64,000 bases of DNA from a virus. The notes under the pieces are model-generated. The model saw only the letters and a list, made by a program, of their open reading frames with translations. It was not told the DNA's origin and did no database searches. Below are positions 35,105-45,903 of the stretch, piece after piece. Where the stretch lies: positions 1-64,000 of the IMG/VR virus record IMGVR_UViG_3300043172_000590; one strand, written 5' to 3'. The position numbers and the translations under genes were made by a program. Position 1 is the first letter of the stretch. Every line of letters begins with the position of its first letter.

Positions 35105-37975
35105 TTATTGTTTAATGAACCATCCATAAGAGTCATCCCATTGAATCTCAATTGATCCCGCAGCCAACAGAGTCTGATCTGCTGCTGCTCCATTTATAGT
35201 ATTTCCGTTCCTTGCAACCGTGCATGTGAACGTGGAGTTTGTGCAAAATATGTCATATACTTGTCCGTGTACTGGACTGGCATCTAGTGAAATAGTAACC
35301 GTATTAGCAGTTGCGTCCACTAGGATGTTGCGTTCTGTTCCTGTTAGGGTGTAATCTGATGTCTTTGTGACCACTGACTGAACTTCGCCACCTGATGTTG
35401 TTATATTTCCTGTTACTACAACATCTCCATTAAAATATACATCTCCATCGACTCCGAATAGTTCTGAGCCTACGGCTGCTGTTGTTCCTACAAATACGCC
35501 GCCACCATCTTCTTGCAGTATTAAGGCTCTATCACTAGAAACCCCTCTCTCTGTAGCGTCCATAGCAATTCCTCTTTCAGATGCTGTAGCACTACCTAAC
35601 AATCTTATTTGGAGAACCATGGGCTGAGTAGCTTCTGACGATCCAAACAATGCTATATTGCTAGATGCTGTTTTTGGGGCATCGTCAAAAACATGAAACG
35701 TTTCTAATGGCGCATCATTAGAGCCCACCCCAAAAGGCCCCATCACATAACTATCCCCTGGTCCGTCGATGTTGATCTCTTCATCTACGGTTAGGGTTCC
35801 TCCAATATTAGCATTCTTAACAACCCCTAATCCTCCATCTGTCTGAATAGCTCCTGTTATTGTTGATGTGGATTCGGTTGTGCCTTCTACGGCTAGGGTG
35901 CCAGTTAAGGTAGTATTCAGAGAAGCATCTATTTTCAAAGCATTCCCAGTGCCAATAGTAGCCCCTACGCTAATTTTATAGGAATCCCCATCGCTATTGT
36001 CAACTCCCGCTGTGAATTTAGATGCACCTTGAATCTTATAAACTGTCTGTGGGCTAAATGTAGTAGAATTAGCATGAATTTCCAATATTGCATTTTCTGC
36101 GGATGTTGCTATTACTGCGTTGCCTCCGTTTACTGCTATGTCATTATTAAAAGTAGCAACCTCATTAGTCCCATCAATCAAAACCCTACCGCTTATATCC
36201 TCAACTGTCCAAGTGTGGGTAGTTGCAGTAGAAATTCCCGACAGATCAGTAACTAATTCTTTTGTTACGTCAGTAGCGTTGTGTAATTTCCATTCAGCAT
36301 CGGAGAAATTTACTTGAGAACTAACAGCCCCACCAGATCCACCTGTAGACCCAATAATTTCCCCTCTCTTATCTTGCACGTCACTTCCACCGACTAGATT
36401 TATCAATGTTCCGCTACTGCCTGTTTGATATCTTAAAACAACCCGACATATATTAAAAAAAGTATGTATAAATTTATCATCAATCGCAGTAACGTCATAA
36501 TCACTAAAATCATTCAATGCATTGACATCAGTATTATATTTGCCAGTCGGAAGCGTTACATATAATGCATCATCCGTATTTGTTCCTGACGTTTGATTTC
36601 CCCAGATCCTCAATCCATATCTGTCGTTGTTATTCCGGAGGGTAACGCCGTTGGCATCTACGTCCAGCTCATTCAGATCTGTATATTGCTGGGTAACCGG
36701 ATTGGTCGGATGGTTCATTACATAAAAGACCGGAGTTCCGCTTTGCGCTGGGAATACCTGCTCCCAGAATTGTTGGGTAATTCCGTCGGTAGTCGTAATG
36801 ACTGCATTATCAATAGCCCCTCCATTTACCGTTACAGTTAACAGGGGATCGACCCCAGATCCATCTTCATATGTAACGCGATGTCGGGCTTTATTCCTTA
36901 TTGTTTCTTCCTGCCCTTTAAATAAATCTTCCCTGTATAGTCCGTTGTTATACCTCTGTATGTTTACAGTACCTTGCGAGTTGGTTGTTGCCACACTTGC
37001 AATTTCTGCATATCCCAGCAATATAACAGGAGTTGATGGTTTCGTAGTCGAAGCTGCAAGTTCCAAATCAAGCGTCCCATTCATTTCAGCATACACCCAG
37101 TTTGTTACGGACACTGCATCCGTCCCTGCTGTAAGTGCTATCCTCGCATGCCCATCTATACCCGATCCCGTTGTTGTGTTTAAATTGAATACGCGATTGC
37201 TCCCTTCTATAAAACCATGTAAATTGAAGTCTGCCAGTGATATTTGTTCCCAGTCATCAGGTGAGATATCAGGCTGGTTGCCTGAATTTAAGTCTGTTTT
37301 GGAGAAATACCGCATATTGTTATATATAACCTGATTACCCCTATTATAAGTATCTCCGGGTTCATAACCATTTGCAGAACTCCACACTTCCATATAAACA
37401 ACACCGCCATCAATCACCACCTCAAATTCATGTGATTCAAAAAACCCATTGTTCAAAAGTGCACCTAATATATACTCGTTCTGTAGTGCGGTTGCATTAA
37501 TAACTGCATTCTGGTCTATTGCGCCCTGAACGTGTGACGAATCTAACCCGCTTATGGTATTATCATAAAATACATTTTTTGCTGTATCTATAGAGTTCGC
37601 ATTCAATCCGAACCCATAACTAGTAAGGATTTCATACGTGACTCCAATATCTTGCAATTGAACTGATTGCCCTATTCCGGTCAGCGTCCATACTTCGGTG
37701 TCAGATACGTTTCTTATAACCACAGTGTCTCCACCTACCTGACTAAACTCGGCCCAGAACCCACTAGGGGTATTTGTTGCGTCAGGGATAATAATAGTGT
37801 CATTACCCTCTGCTGTGGCATCAATCCTATATAGTCTGCCTGTGGTTAGGTATGGCAACGTAGTGTCCCCGGAAATATCCTGGCTGCTGTGAACATTTGC
37901 TGTGTATTGACCTGACACAACTAATTGTATCAGGAATAAACACAGGAATAGTGCGGTTTTAGTAATGTTTTTCAT
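35105..37975 (-). CDS. Large tail-fibre/spike-like protein with Sec signal peptide and CBM5/12-like insert
   Basis: MKNITKTALFLCLFLIQLVVSG/Q; YDNT.SGL....VQGAID; Y..G.TY..G.QV.YN...Y...W; GA....GGLGV.KN.NIGG; TKTSDYT..ILVDAT fibre module. Confidence 0.75.
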   Translation of the reverse strand: MKNITKTALFLCLFLIQLVVSGQYTANVHSSQDISGDTTLPYLTTGRLYRIDATAEGNDTIIIPDATNTPSGFWAEFSQVGGDTVVIRNVSDTEVWTLTGIGQSVQLQDIGVTYEILTSYGFGLNANSIDTAKNVFYDNTISGLDSSHVQGAIDQNAVINATALQNEYILGALLNNGFFESHEFEVVIDGGVVYMEVWSSANGYEPGDTYNRGNQVIYNNMRYFSKTDLNSGNQPDISPDDWEQISLADFNLHGFIEGSNRVFNLNTTTGSGIDGHARIALTAGTDAVSVTNWVYAEMNGTLDLELAASTTKPSTPVILLGYAEIASVATTNSQGTVNIQRYNNGLYREDLFKGQEETIRNKARHRVTYEDGSGVDPLLTVTVNGGAIDNAVITTTDGITQQFWEQVFPAQSGTPVFYVMNHPTNPVTQQYTDLNELDVDANGVTLRNNNDRYGLRIWGNQTSGTNTDDALYVTLPTGKYNTDVNALNDFSDYDVTAIDDKFIHTFFNICRVVLRYQTGSSGTLINLVGGSDVQDKRGEIIGSTGGSGGAVSSQVNFSDAEWKLHNATDVTKELVTDLSGISTATTHTWTVEDISGRVLIDGTNEVATFNNDIAVNGGNAVIATSAENAILEIHANSTTFSPQTVYKIQGASKFTAGVDNSDGDSYKISVGATIGTGNALKIDASLNTTLTGTLAVEGTTESTSTITGAIQTDGGLGVVKNANIGGTLTVDEEINIDGPGDSYVMGPFGVGSNDAPLETFHVFDDAPKTASSNIALFGSSEATQPMVLQIRLLGSATASERGIAMDATERGVSSDRALILQEDGGGVFVGTTAAVGSELFGVDGDVYFNGDVVVTGNITTSGGEVQSVVTKTSDYTLTGTERNILVDATANTVTISLDASPVHGQVYDIFCTNSTFTCTVARNGNTINGAAADQTLLAAGSIEIQWDDSYGWFIKQ

Positions 37976-37988
37976 GACAGTACGATTT

Positions 37989-38546
37989 TTAATTCTCAGT
38001 TACAACATGACATTTCCCCCCGCCAGTCGAATCTATCGTCACAGCTTGGGCGATTAAGCCGTCAGCCTGCCATTCGAATGATTGACCTTGAATATACGCT
38101 ACGGAGCTTCCTCCTGCCACAGATACAGTAACGCTTCCGCCCTCAACCATAACAAATATCCTATGGTATGTATCAGCTGCAAATACAACAGGGGCAACAT
38201 TATCTAAGGTTTGATTATCAACATTATTATACGCTACTCCTGCACCTCCTGCCGGAGTCAATCCAGATCCAGTAGCAATCATTGTGTTGAATGCGACAAC
38301 AAATTCTTCGCATGTTGCATATACTGTTCCGTCAAGATTTAGCTCAGATGGCAACTCTTGATTAATTATCTGCTGGTTTAAATGTTCTTTATGCCTTATG
38401 GATATCCGTCCGGTAGTGTCGGTTCCGGCTTTTGGGATACATAATGCTTCATAATTCTTGGGAAGGGCTGTAGCTCCGTCTTCTGACGTAATGTCTCCAT
38501 ACATTCTGAATGTACCTGTTCCGACTATATCTTCTATAAATAGCAT
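37989..38546 (-). CDS. Structural protein (beta-rich)
   Basis: 185-aa ORF heading the fibre operon. Confidence 0.6.
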   Translation of the reverse strand: MLFIEDIVGTGTFRMYGDITSEDGATALPKNYEALCIPKAGTDTTGRISIRHKEHLNQQIINQELPSELNLDGTVYATCEEFVVAFNTMIATGSGLTPAGGAGVAYNNVDNQTLDNVAPVVFAADTYHRIFVMVEGGSVTVSVAGGSSVAYIQGQSFEWQADGLIAQAVTIDSTGGGKCHVVTEN

Positions 38547-38576
38547 AGTGCTTTGTTTTTGTGATATTTATACTTA

Positions 38577-38609
38577 CAATATTATTGCTTATTTATAATG
38601 TTTCAAAAT
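38577..38609 (-). promoter_or_regulatory. Promoter-like TAATATTG with Fur-box-like 19-mer
   Basis: atttataatgtttcaaaat 38591-38609 matches 15/18 informative positions of ATTTAGAATnATTCTAAAT. Confidence 0.4.
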
Positions 38610-38632
38610 TATCTACCTAAAAATTACTCCCA

Positions 38633-41600
38633 CTATCTCTTTAAAAACGCTTCTGTTGCTTTTCTAGCTCTTCCTGATTCAGTTCCTTCGATTACGGACT
38701 TGGGGGCATTCATGAGTTTTAGTATATTCTCCTCTGTCCACTCGCCATTTTCTATCAAGTCTTTTGCTCCGTCGTACATAAGGTCGAGATTTTCAATATC
38801 AACGCCGCCTCCGTATATCATTATTTGCCTAGCAAGCTCAGTCATTACATCCATACTGATAACGCCTTCAGCCTCTAATGCCTCAGATACATCCTTGCTA
38901 GTTTCGTTAATCTTCTGGATTAACTGTATAGGATTGTAGTTCCATGACTTCTTGGCTACTATCTTGTCGTATCCAAACTTAGCAATGTCAGATAGTATGT
39001 ACGCGCCATCCAAAGGCCCCATTATTAACGCTCTTTTCATTTCCATTGTATCTTCATCATCCCATTCGGTCAATGATCCTGGAAGCCCTGACGCGACCCA
39101 CTGCCATGCCAACGGAAGAGCATATCCATATATAGCCATTTTTTTAAGGGCCTTGCCTCCTCCTTTTGATTTAGCATACTTTAGTCCTGATATGGCAGCT
39201 CTTGTTTTTGCAGCTTTATCTCCGATCCCTTTTTGCTTCTGAGCTTTATATGCTTTATCATACTCTCTTCTATATCCATGAACTATGTCTAAGTGGGATT
39301 CTGCTACTTTTCTCATATATGAGAATTGAGAGTTTTTGAATGTGGCAAATGCGGATTTCATTAAATTCTTTTTCCCCTGCACCTCTCCGATAAATGCTTT
39401 CTCGGATGATTGCTGAGCCAAATTATATGCCAAATCAAAATCCATTATAGACTGCTTATGGGCCTTCTCCTTGGACCATCCTAAATCTTTTTGATAATGT
39501 TTCATCTGCTGATTGTACAGCGTCTTCCCTCCGGATGTTATAGCCATAGAGTCCATTAGTCTATTGGCAAATAATCCTACATTGGCGATCCCTCTCTTTG
39601 CTTCACGAATTGCATACTTAGATTTTGAAGCACCTATTTTAGCAGCATCCCTAAAACCCCTCTGTATCTCTTCATCTCCAATATCTCCTTTCTTGTATCT
39701 CTCTCTATAGAATTCTGAATTCTTCATAAAGAACTTATGGTTCGATAATGCAGATACAGGATTCATTTTAGCAATCATCTTTCCCTCAAATGCAATAGTT
39801 CCTGTCATTGGGAGATAGATACTTTTATCTCCTATTTTTATTGTTCCTTTATTTGCATGCTCCAAAAATGCCAAATGAGAAATAGACTGCTTTCCTGCTG
39901 TCCATAGTCTTACGGCTATTCTCGACAATGCTGTAGCTCTATTCATTTTATGAAGGAATAGCTCCGAATTGTCAACGCCTGACTTGTCTGCCCCAATAGC
40001 CCTATTGGTTGCGTCTATAAGATCCTTGAAAGCCCCCGGGGCATTATTCTCAATGTTGTTTCTGACCGCTGCGTCCGCAAACAGCACATTCATATCCTTT
40101 GCAAATTTTTGATAATTATGGAACATTTCCATGGATTCAATATATCCATCAACGACTCCAAAGAAATTAGATGTAGAGCTTAATTCATTGAGATTAGCTA
40201 CCCTATGTTTAATATGCTTAGGCATAGCTGAGGGCATTAAGAATTCTGTGCCTCCAATCTTAATTGTACCCTCGCCTCTTATTCCGCCAACAGCATCATA
40301 TCGTATCGGGATATAATTATCAATCTTATCTAAAGGTGTCCTGAATATATCAATATGGGTCTGGTTGTAATCTTTGTGTAATTCCGGAAGAAGGGTTCCT
40401 GTGACCCAATCTACATACTCAACATTCTCCTTTCCGATAAATTTACTTGTTTGCTCAAGGGCTGTCTCGTCCCATCCCTGTTCTTTGAGCTTTTCTTTCG
40501 ATCCCTCCATCTTTGACAGGGCATACAGGTACATTCCTTGGGACTCGCTCATAGATTCATTTATAGTCTCCCTGTTTCCATCCTTGTCTAATTTATGTAT
40601 TCCTGTCTTAGACTTAACAGTGCTAAGTTCAGCTACTTGCATGCCACTAAGCTTTTTACCATATACTTTTTTCTGTCCAGACTCTATTTCACCAGTAATC
40701 TCACCCTTGCGTTTTAAGTAATTCTTTCTTGACTTGTACCACCCATTCTCTCCCTTCATCATTTTCTCGTAAATCCTACCCTCTCCCATCTCGCTCTTTC
40801 TCGACTCAATAAATTTGAGCATAAAATCAAACGAGGATGTGACGGGGCGGATAAAGTCCCTATCAAAACTTCTTCCTGGTTCGGACATATATGTTTTAAT
40901 CCTATTCCACCCGCTCATTTTTTGCTGGTTCTGAATCTCTCTCTTTGTCTTCCCAGCAAATCTTCCACGAGTCTGTTCCCTAGCCATGAGCTTAAGATCG
41001 TTTCTTCTGGTGACCTCTTTTTCTATATCTGCTTTAAGCTTTGACTTGCCTTCGGTAATCGTCCTGTTTATATTGTCTTTGATGTTACTCAATCCTTCAA
41101 TTTCAGCATCCCATATCTCCTTCATGTCAATCAATGCAATCTCCTCGTATATAGCCTTTTCTCTCTCATTAACATCGTCAGAGAGTTTACGTTGCTCAAT
41201 GCCTTCCAGTTGTTCGTCCATAAATCTATTGAAGGAATTAAATGCCTCACTATCAGATCTCTCATTAGCGGCTTTTTTAGATACTCTCTGAGCCTCTGAA
41301 TCTGAGGACAATATTCTTTTCTGTTGAGATTTATTAAATTGCTTCTCAGCTTTATATCTGCTGAATATGTTTTTAGCCTCATCCAAATAATATTTTACTT
41401 GCTGGGCCCCTCCCTTAGCTTTCTTAATTTTATTCCTAGCTTCTTGCGTCTTGACGGATACGAGATCCGATATATCAGATTCAATAATCTTTTTATGAAC
41501 ATCAAATGTTTTACTAACAACTTCATCAACATAATCCAATGCTTGCTGCCTCTTTTTTTCAGTATTAGCCTTCCCCAGTCTTCTTGTGATGGACTTATAT

Positions 41601-44008
41601 TGGGTTGGGGTAATAAATTTAGCATCAACCGCACCTTTGAGTTTTTCAGATATAGACTCTGACGTTTCAGAAAATTCTTTATCGGTAAGCCTTTTTGCAT
41701 CCCTCGCAGCCCTGGCTTCAAGTTTTATTTGATCTTTAAGCGCTGCAGCTTCATTGACAGATATCTTCTCTCCTTCTGACGGTAGCTTTTCTCTGGTCTT
41801 CTTTTCAGTGGGACGTTCAGTGAACCTTTCGGTTATGATATTGCCATAATCTTGTTTGACCTCTTTTTGTTTTTCACTATCAAGATTTTTATACCAATCA
41901 CTACGCTCGATAGTTTTAAACGCCTCAATGGATGCATCAGCTTCCGACAAATTCTTTTTAGATTTATCAAAAGAAGATTTAGTCTCGGCTAATAGCTCCG
42001 CTGGGATCGGGTGGCGCTGTGACGGCTCGGCCTCCAACTCCTCCTTGGGAGCTTCAACTTTTATCTCTTTCTTAATTTTTTCAGCCTCTTTCTTTTTTCG
42101 ACTTTCCTCAATGTCGAATATACGTACGCGTTCTTTCTCTCTTTCGACCATCTCCTCCGAGATACGGCCTTCTTCAATTTCTGTTCTAATTCTTTCGGCA
42201 TCACTTTCGGTTTTAATAGGTTCAACTTCGGGTAACTTTTTCTCTATTCTTTCTTTTGGAATTTCTTTTTTAGGAAATTGCTTGCCAATTAATTGTTGTA
42301 GTACATTATCATTTTTAACTGTCAATCCGGCTAAATCATCAATGGTCATAGCCTCGTCTATTATAGTCTCAGCCTCTTCTCTAGTGATGTCTTTTTCGCC
42401 TAATTGATATGATGGTCTCTGTTCTGCCTCTATTTCTTTTTTTATGGGCTCTGTAACCTTTTCCTTCTCGGCTTTAAATTCAGAGATAGCATCATAATCG
42501 GTCACAGTATCTTCTATTCTTTTAACGTAATACTCCTTTTCAGAATCCGACAACCTCTCTGATTCATTTATTTTATCTTTATGGAAGTCTGGGCGGTTAG
42601 CTACATCCTTAACCATTAAATTCAGTGATATCTGATTATCGACAGCATGTTTTGCTATAAGATATTGATTTTTCTCTGCAGGGGTTTCAGCCTTAGTAAA
42701 ATCTGTCCATAGTTTATTTGACTCTGCCCGTAATTCTCTTGATGATTTTTCGGTAGTCAGCGCATTACGTACCTGATCTCTTGTTGATGTATAGTAATTG
42801 GCGTATGATTTTTTAACCATCATATCCGCAATAATCTTCTGTTTGATGGATTTTCCCACAGCCTTACCTCTAAATGCAAGCCCCATGCCAAACTGTGTCC
42901 AGAAGTTGTCCCAGTTGATATCGCCACCGTTGTATATTTCTGGATCTGAAATGATACTATGCGATCCAAACAAAGAGCCTTCGGCTAACGCTGCAGCACC
43001 CTCGGATATAGGCTTAGATGCGCCCCATGAGGAAACAAGTTCGCCAGTAGCCTTTGAGGTCAGACCCATGGCCTCATATACGAGCCCTTCCGTGTAACCT
43101 TCGGCAAAACCTTTAAACAACTCCTTTACGTCCGCCTCCTCTTCATACATCGCCAGTCCTTGTTTGGTACCGAGAAGTACCGGAAACTTAGGTATTTTGG
43201 TTATCAGCCCCCCTGTCCATCTTCCGAGTTGTGCCAACTTCATCTCTGGCATCGTTGCCGTCGCCAGCAAGTCAGGAACGATACTCCCCATTCCAGAAAC
43301 TACATTCCCCAGTATTGTTTCTGGGGCTGTGTACTCTTCAGTGTTTGTCCCTTCTATGACATCTGCCATATCTGAAAATAGCGCACCTTTCCATTCCATT
43401 CCTGTTGCGTCTCCAAATAATTTAAGTCCTCTATCAACAGTTCTAAATAATTCTGCGGCACTACTATTAAACGCCTCGGCAAACCCAAACATGTAATTTT
43501 CTTTAGGTCCCTTAACCGGGATCACTTGCTCTACCAACCCTACTTGTTTAATGTATGCTTCTGGTAGTTGCAGTTTTATGGACGCTTCTTTTATCTTATT
43601 GTTATAGTCAGCTTCTAGTTGGGTATTGATGGCTATTTTTTCATCTTCGATAGCAATGTCGATGTCAGTAATTTGAGGTTGAATGGTGCTTTGCCTTGCA
43701 GGCTCAGGAATATCGATCATCCCATTCTCGGCTAAACTCAAACCAGCTGCCTCCTTCTCCATCATATCCTCTTCTGGGGTTTTATTAAAATCGACTGTCG
43801 TTGCCGCTATTTCTGCATCGGTCTTTATTTCTGGGGGAAGATATATACCTGTAGTTGGGGGTTTTTCTTCCTCGGCGATAACCTCTCTGTCTGGCACTAA
43901 GACTGGCAGAGCCTCGTCTTTTCCTAAATCGTCCAGCGATATTTTTCTTATCTCCTTTTTTTTAGGTGTACTGATTTCGTCTAGCGATATTTTTCTTATA
44001 TCTGGCAT
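38633..44008 (-). CDS. Large internal virion/ejection protein (1791 aa)
   Basis: Helical and charged, Gly/Ala-rich membrane-active segment; last of three ejection-type genes; no DxDxD polymerase motif seen. Confidence 0.65.
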   Translation of the reverse strand: MPDIRKISLDEISTPKKKEIRKISLDDLGKDEALPVLVPDREVIAEEEKPPTTGIYLPPEIKTDAEIAATTVDFNKTPEEDMMEKEAAGLSLAENGMIDIPEPARQSTIQPQITDIDIAIEDEKIAINTQLEADYNNKIKEASIKLQLPEAYIKQVGLVEQVIPVKGPKENYMFGFAEAFNSSAAELFRTVDRGLKLFGDATGMEWKGALFSDMADVIEGTNTEEYTAPETILGNVVSGMGSIVPDLLATATMPEMKLAQLGRWTGGLITKIPKFPVLLGTKQGLAMYEEEADVKELFKGFAEGYTEGLVYEAMGLTSKATGELVSSWGASKPISEGAAALAEGSLFGSHSIISDPEIYNGGDINWDNFWTQFGMGLAFRGKAVGKSIKQKIIADMMVKKSYANYYTSTRDQVRNALTTEKSSRELRAESNKLWTDFTKAETPAEKNQYLIAKHAVDNQISLNLMVKDVANRPDFHKDKINESERLSDSEKEYYVKRIEDTVTDYDAISEFKAEKEKVTEPIKKEIEAEQRPSYQLGEKDITREEAETIIDEAMTIDDLAGLTVKNDNVLQQLIGKQFPKKEIPKERIEKKLPEVEPIKTESDAERIRTEIEEGRISEEMVEREKERVRIFDIEESRKKKEAEKIKKEIKVEAPKEELEAEPSQRHPIPAELLAETKSSFDKSKKNLSEADASIEAFKTIERSDWYKNLDSEKQKEVKQDYGNIITERFTERPTEKKTREKLPSEGEKISVNEAAALKDQIKLEARAARDAKRLTDKEFSETSESISEKLKGAVDAKFITPTQYKSITRRLGKANTEKKRQQALDYVDEVVSKTFDVHKKIIESDISDLVSVKTQEARNKIKKAKGGAQQVKYYLDEAKNIFSRYKAEKQFNKSQQKRILSSDSEAQRVSKKAANERSDSEAFNSFNRFMDEQLEGIEQRKLSDDVNEREKAIYEEIALIDMKEIWDAEIEGLSNIKDNINRTITEGKSKLKADIEKEVTRRNDLKLMAREQTRGRFAGKTKREIQNQQKMSGWNRIKTYMSEPGRSFDRDFIRPVTSSFDFMLKFIESRKSEMGEGRIYEKMMKGENGWYKSRKNYLKRKGEITGEIESGQKKVYGKKLSGMQVAELSTVKSKTGIHKLDKDGNRETINESMSESQGMYLYALSKMEGSKEKLKEQGWDETALEQTSKFIGKENVEYVDWVTGTLLPELHKDYNQTHIDIFRTPLDKIDNYIPIRYDAVGGIRGEGTIKIGGTEFLMPSAMPKHIKHRVANLNELSSTSNFFGVVDGYIESMEMFHNYQKFAKDMNVLFADAAVRNNIENNAPGAFKDLIDATNRAIGADKSGVDNSELFLHKMNRATALSRIAVRLWTAGKQSISHLAFLEHANKGTIKIGDKSIYLPMTGTIAFEGKMIAKMNPVSALSNHKFFMKNSEFYRERYKKGDIGDEEIQRGFRDAAKIGASKSKYAIREAKRGIANVGLFANRLMDSMAITSGGKTLYNQQMKHYQKDLGWSKEKAHKQSIMDFDLAYNLAQQSSEKAFIGEVQGKKNLMKSAFATFKNSQFSYMRKVAESHLDIVHGYRREYDKAYKAQKQKGIGDKAAKTRAAISGLKYAKSKGGGKALKKMAIYGYALPLAWQWVASGLPGSLTEWDDEDTMEMKRALIMGPLDGAYILSDIAKFGYDKIVAKKSWNYNPIQLIQKINETSKDVSEALEAEGVISMDVMTELARQIMIYGGGVDIENLDLMYDGAKDLIENGEWTEENILKLMNAPKSVIEGTESGRARKATEAFLKR

Positions 44009-44010
44009 AT

Positions 44011-45792
44011 CTATTTCGGATGCTTACTTAAAAACATAATTGCTTGTGATCGACTCATTTTTTTCGCTTTCATTACAACTGGAATAGCCTCCTTTATGGT
44101 CATCTCCTTACCTCCTAGCTCAACAACTTCGGTCATGTCAATTTCTTTAGAAGCAGCCGCAACAATGTCAGCAATCAACTCGTTTTTACCTTCGGCAGTC
44201 GCCGTGTTATATTCCTTTTTCCCCCATGTAATACCAGTGCCTAATATATGGCGCTTTATTTCATCATCTGGGAAAATCTTAGCAACAGCCTCCTTGATTG
44301 GCTTGCTCTTATCGCTCTCGGAATCAAGCACTTTTATTACACCTTGAACCTCTGGCGATAATTCTTTGATGTCGGTTATGGTCCCAGCATTTGCGTCTGT
44401 GAGATATTGCTCTACAACGGGCTCGATAGTTTCCTTTGCTACTTCGTAGTACTTATCGCCTACCCTCATAATTTTAGCGTCAATCCTTTTGGGCTTAATG
44501 TCAAACAAGGCATCATTTCTCTTTAGCACATCCAAAAGAACAGTGGTGTTCATTGGGGCGTCCTGTTTTGTCAAATCGAACATGATAGACTCTTTATCTT
44601 CGCTTGAGAACTTAGTCTTTTTACCTTCTTCAAACGTCACGCCCTCCTCTTTATAGAATGGTTCAATATATGCCGGTAATCCACCGGGAACATTCTTGCC
44701 TTTATAGTTAGTGCTGCCTTGCAGTATCTCGCCGACCTTATTCTTAAACGTGTCGATATCTTGTTTCCTTTCCGTAGCCGGATAGGATATCCTGTCTCTC
44801 TGCCCATTGTCATAGGTGATGGTAAGATATTTATCCGAAGATGATACGTCTTTAACATTCCCTTTTGCAGTAATCGCAGATCCAAGCTCTTCCAGATAAC
44901 GCTTGTCTCTTCTCAATATGCCTTCCAGTGCTCTATTGTATTTATCTACAACACCCACATATTCAGGCTTTAGTCCTGCCGCCCCTGCTTTTGGCGCGGT
45001 ATATGCTTGATAGAATTTTTCAGCCTTCGTGTCCATTCCATGCATGGCGAAGAATCGCTGCCTCGCACCTTCTAGTCCTCCCGATTCCTTCTTCGCCTGC
45101 GCCTTGTATTCTGGACGAGATTCAACCATAGCGTCAAAGGTTTCAGATAATTGCTCCCTATTTTTACGCAAGAACTCGACTTTACCCTTAGCTGTGTCAA
45201 TGCTGGCTATAGTTTCACTAAACAATTTAGCCTTAGCATCTATTTGCTTGCCAAAATCACTGTACATTTTTTCTTCCAAAGACAATCTTTTGGGGGCAAG
45301 TATCTGCGTTGCACGTCCAGCTCCTATCAATCCCTTGTCTTTGATCTCCATCATCCTACGTGCAGATTCATTGACATCGTAAATATCTCTGGCTCCGGGC
45401 TTCAATAGCTCTCCACGTGCAAAATTATACGCCTTAACATCGGTCTGCATATCAGCAATCTTACTCTCCACTCCTCTTTTATCTCTTCTTAATTGAACCA
45501 GATCTTCACGGGAAAGCTTGCCACTTTTTTCCCGTAGGATATTAGACCATTTATCATCAATAGTGTCTAACTCTTTCATGTGGGTTTCCTGTATCTGGTC
45601 TGACATTCCCTGTACAGATTCTACGTCAAATACTTCTAGTATTGCCCGTTCATTTGCCGATATTTCTCCTTCTTCCCTTGCTATTGCTTCACGTCGGCTC
45701 CTTACCATCCTGTTAGTTATGGCATCTATAGAAGGCGCTAAATCAACAGCGAATGGGCTTCTTCCTGTGGGATATCCTTGAAATGCTGGCAT
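44011..45792 (-). CDS. Internal virion/ejection protein
   Basis: Helical 593-aa ORF between the muzzle gene and the large protein. Confidence 0.6.
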   Translation of the reverse strand: MPAFQGYPTGRSPFAVDLAPSIDAITNRMVRSRREAIAREEGEISANERAILEVFDVESVQGMSDQIQETHMKELDTIDDKWSNILREKSGKLSREDLVQLRRDKRGVESKIADMQTDVKAYNFARGELLKPGARDIYDVNESARRMMEIKDKGLIGAGRATQILAPKRLSLEEKMYSDFGKQIDAKAKLFSETIASIDTAKGKVEFLRKNREQLSETFDAMVESRPEYKAQAKKESGGLEGARQRFFAMHGMDTKAEKFYQAYTAPKAGAAGLKPEYVGVVDKYNRALEGILRRDKRYLEELGSAITAKGNVKDVSSSDKYLTITYDNGQRDRISYPATERKQDIDTFKNKVGEILQGSTNYKGKNVPGGLPAYIEPFYKEEGVTFEEGKKTKFSSEDKESIMFDLTKQDAPMNTTVLLDVLKRNDALFDIKPKRIDAKIMRVGDKYYEVAKETIEPVVEQYLTDANAGTITDIKELSPEVQGVIKVLDSESDKSKPIKEAVAKIFPDDEIKRHILGTGITWGKKEYNTATAEGKNELIADIVAAASKEIDMTEVVELGGKEMTIKEAIPVVMKAKKMSRSQAIMFLSKHPK

Positions 45793-45903
45793 GTCTTTAT
45801 TTATATTGTTTCTTAACTGTAATTTTCGTTATTTTACGTATAGGTTTTAGACATAATTGTTAGATGGTTTCAAGGGTCAGTGTAATCGCTGGCCTTTGTT
45901 TTT

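Noticed and set aside
35101-35193. Track start of the 580-aa fibre ORF at 35193
   Set aside because: Overlaps the upstream gene; ATG 35100 gives a 4-nt spacing and a clean signal peptide.
28849-37975. Diversity-generating retroelement targeting fibres
   Set aside because: No reverse transcriptase in the window. The duplication in 28849-29820 is an in-frame protein repeat, not an adenine-specific TR/VR pair.
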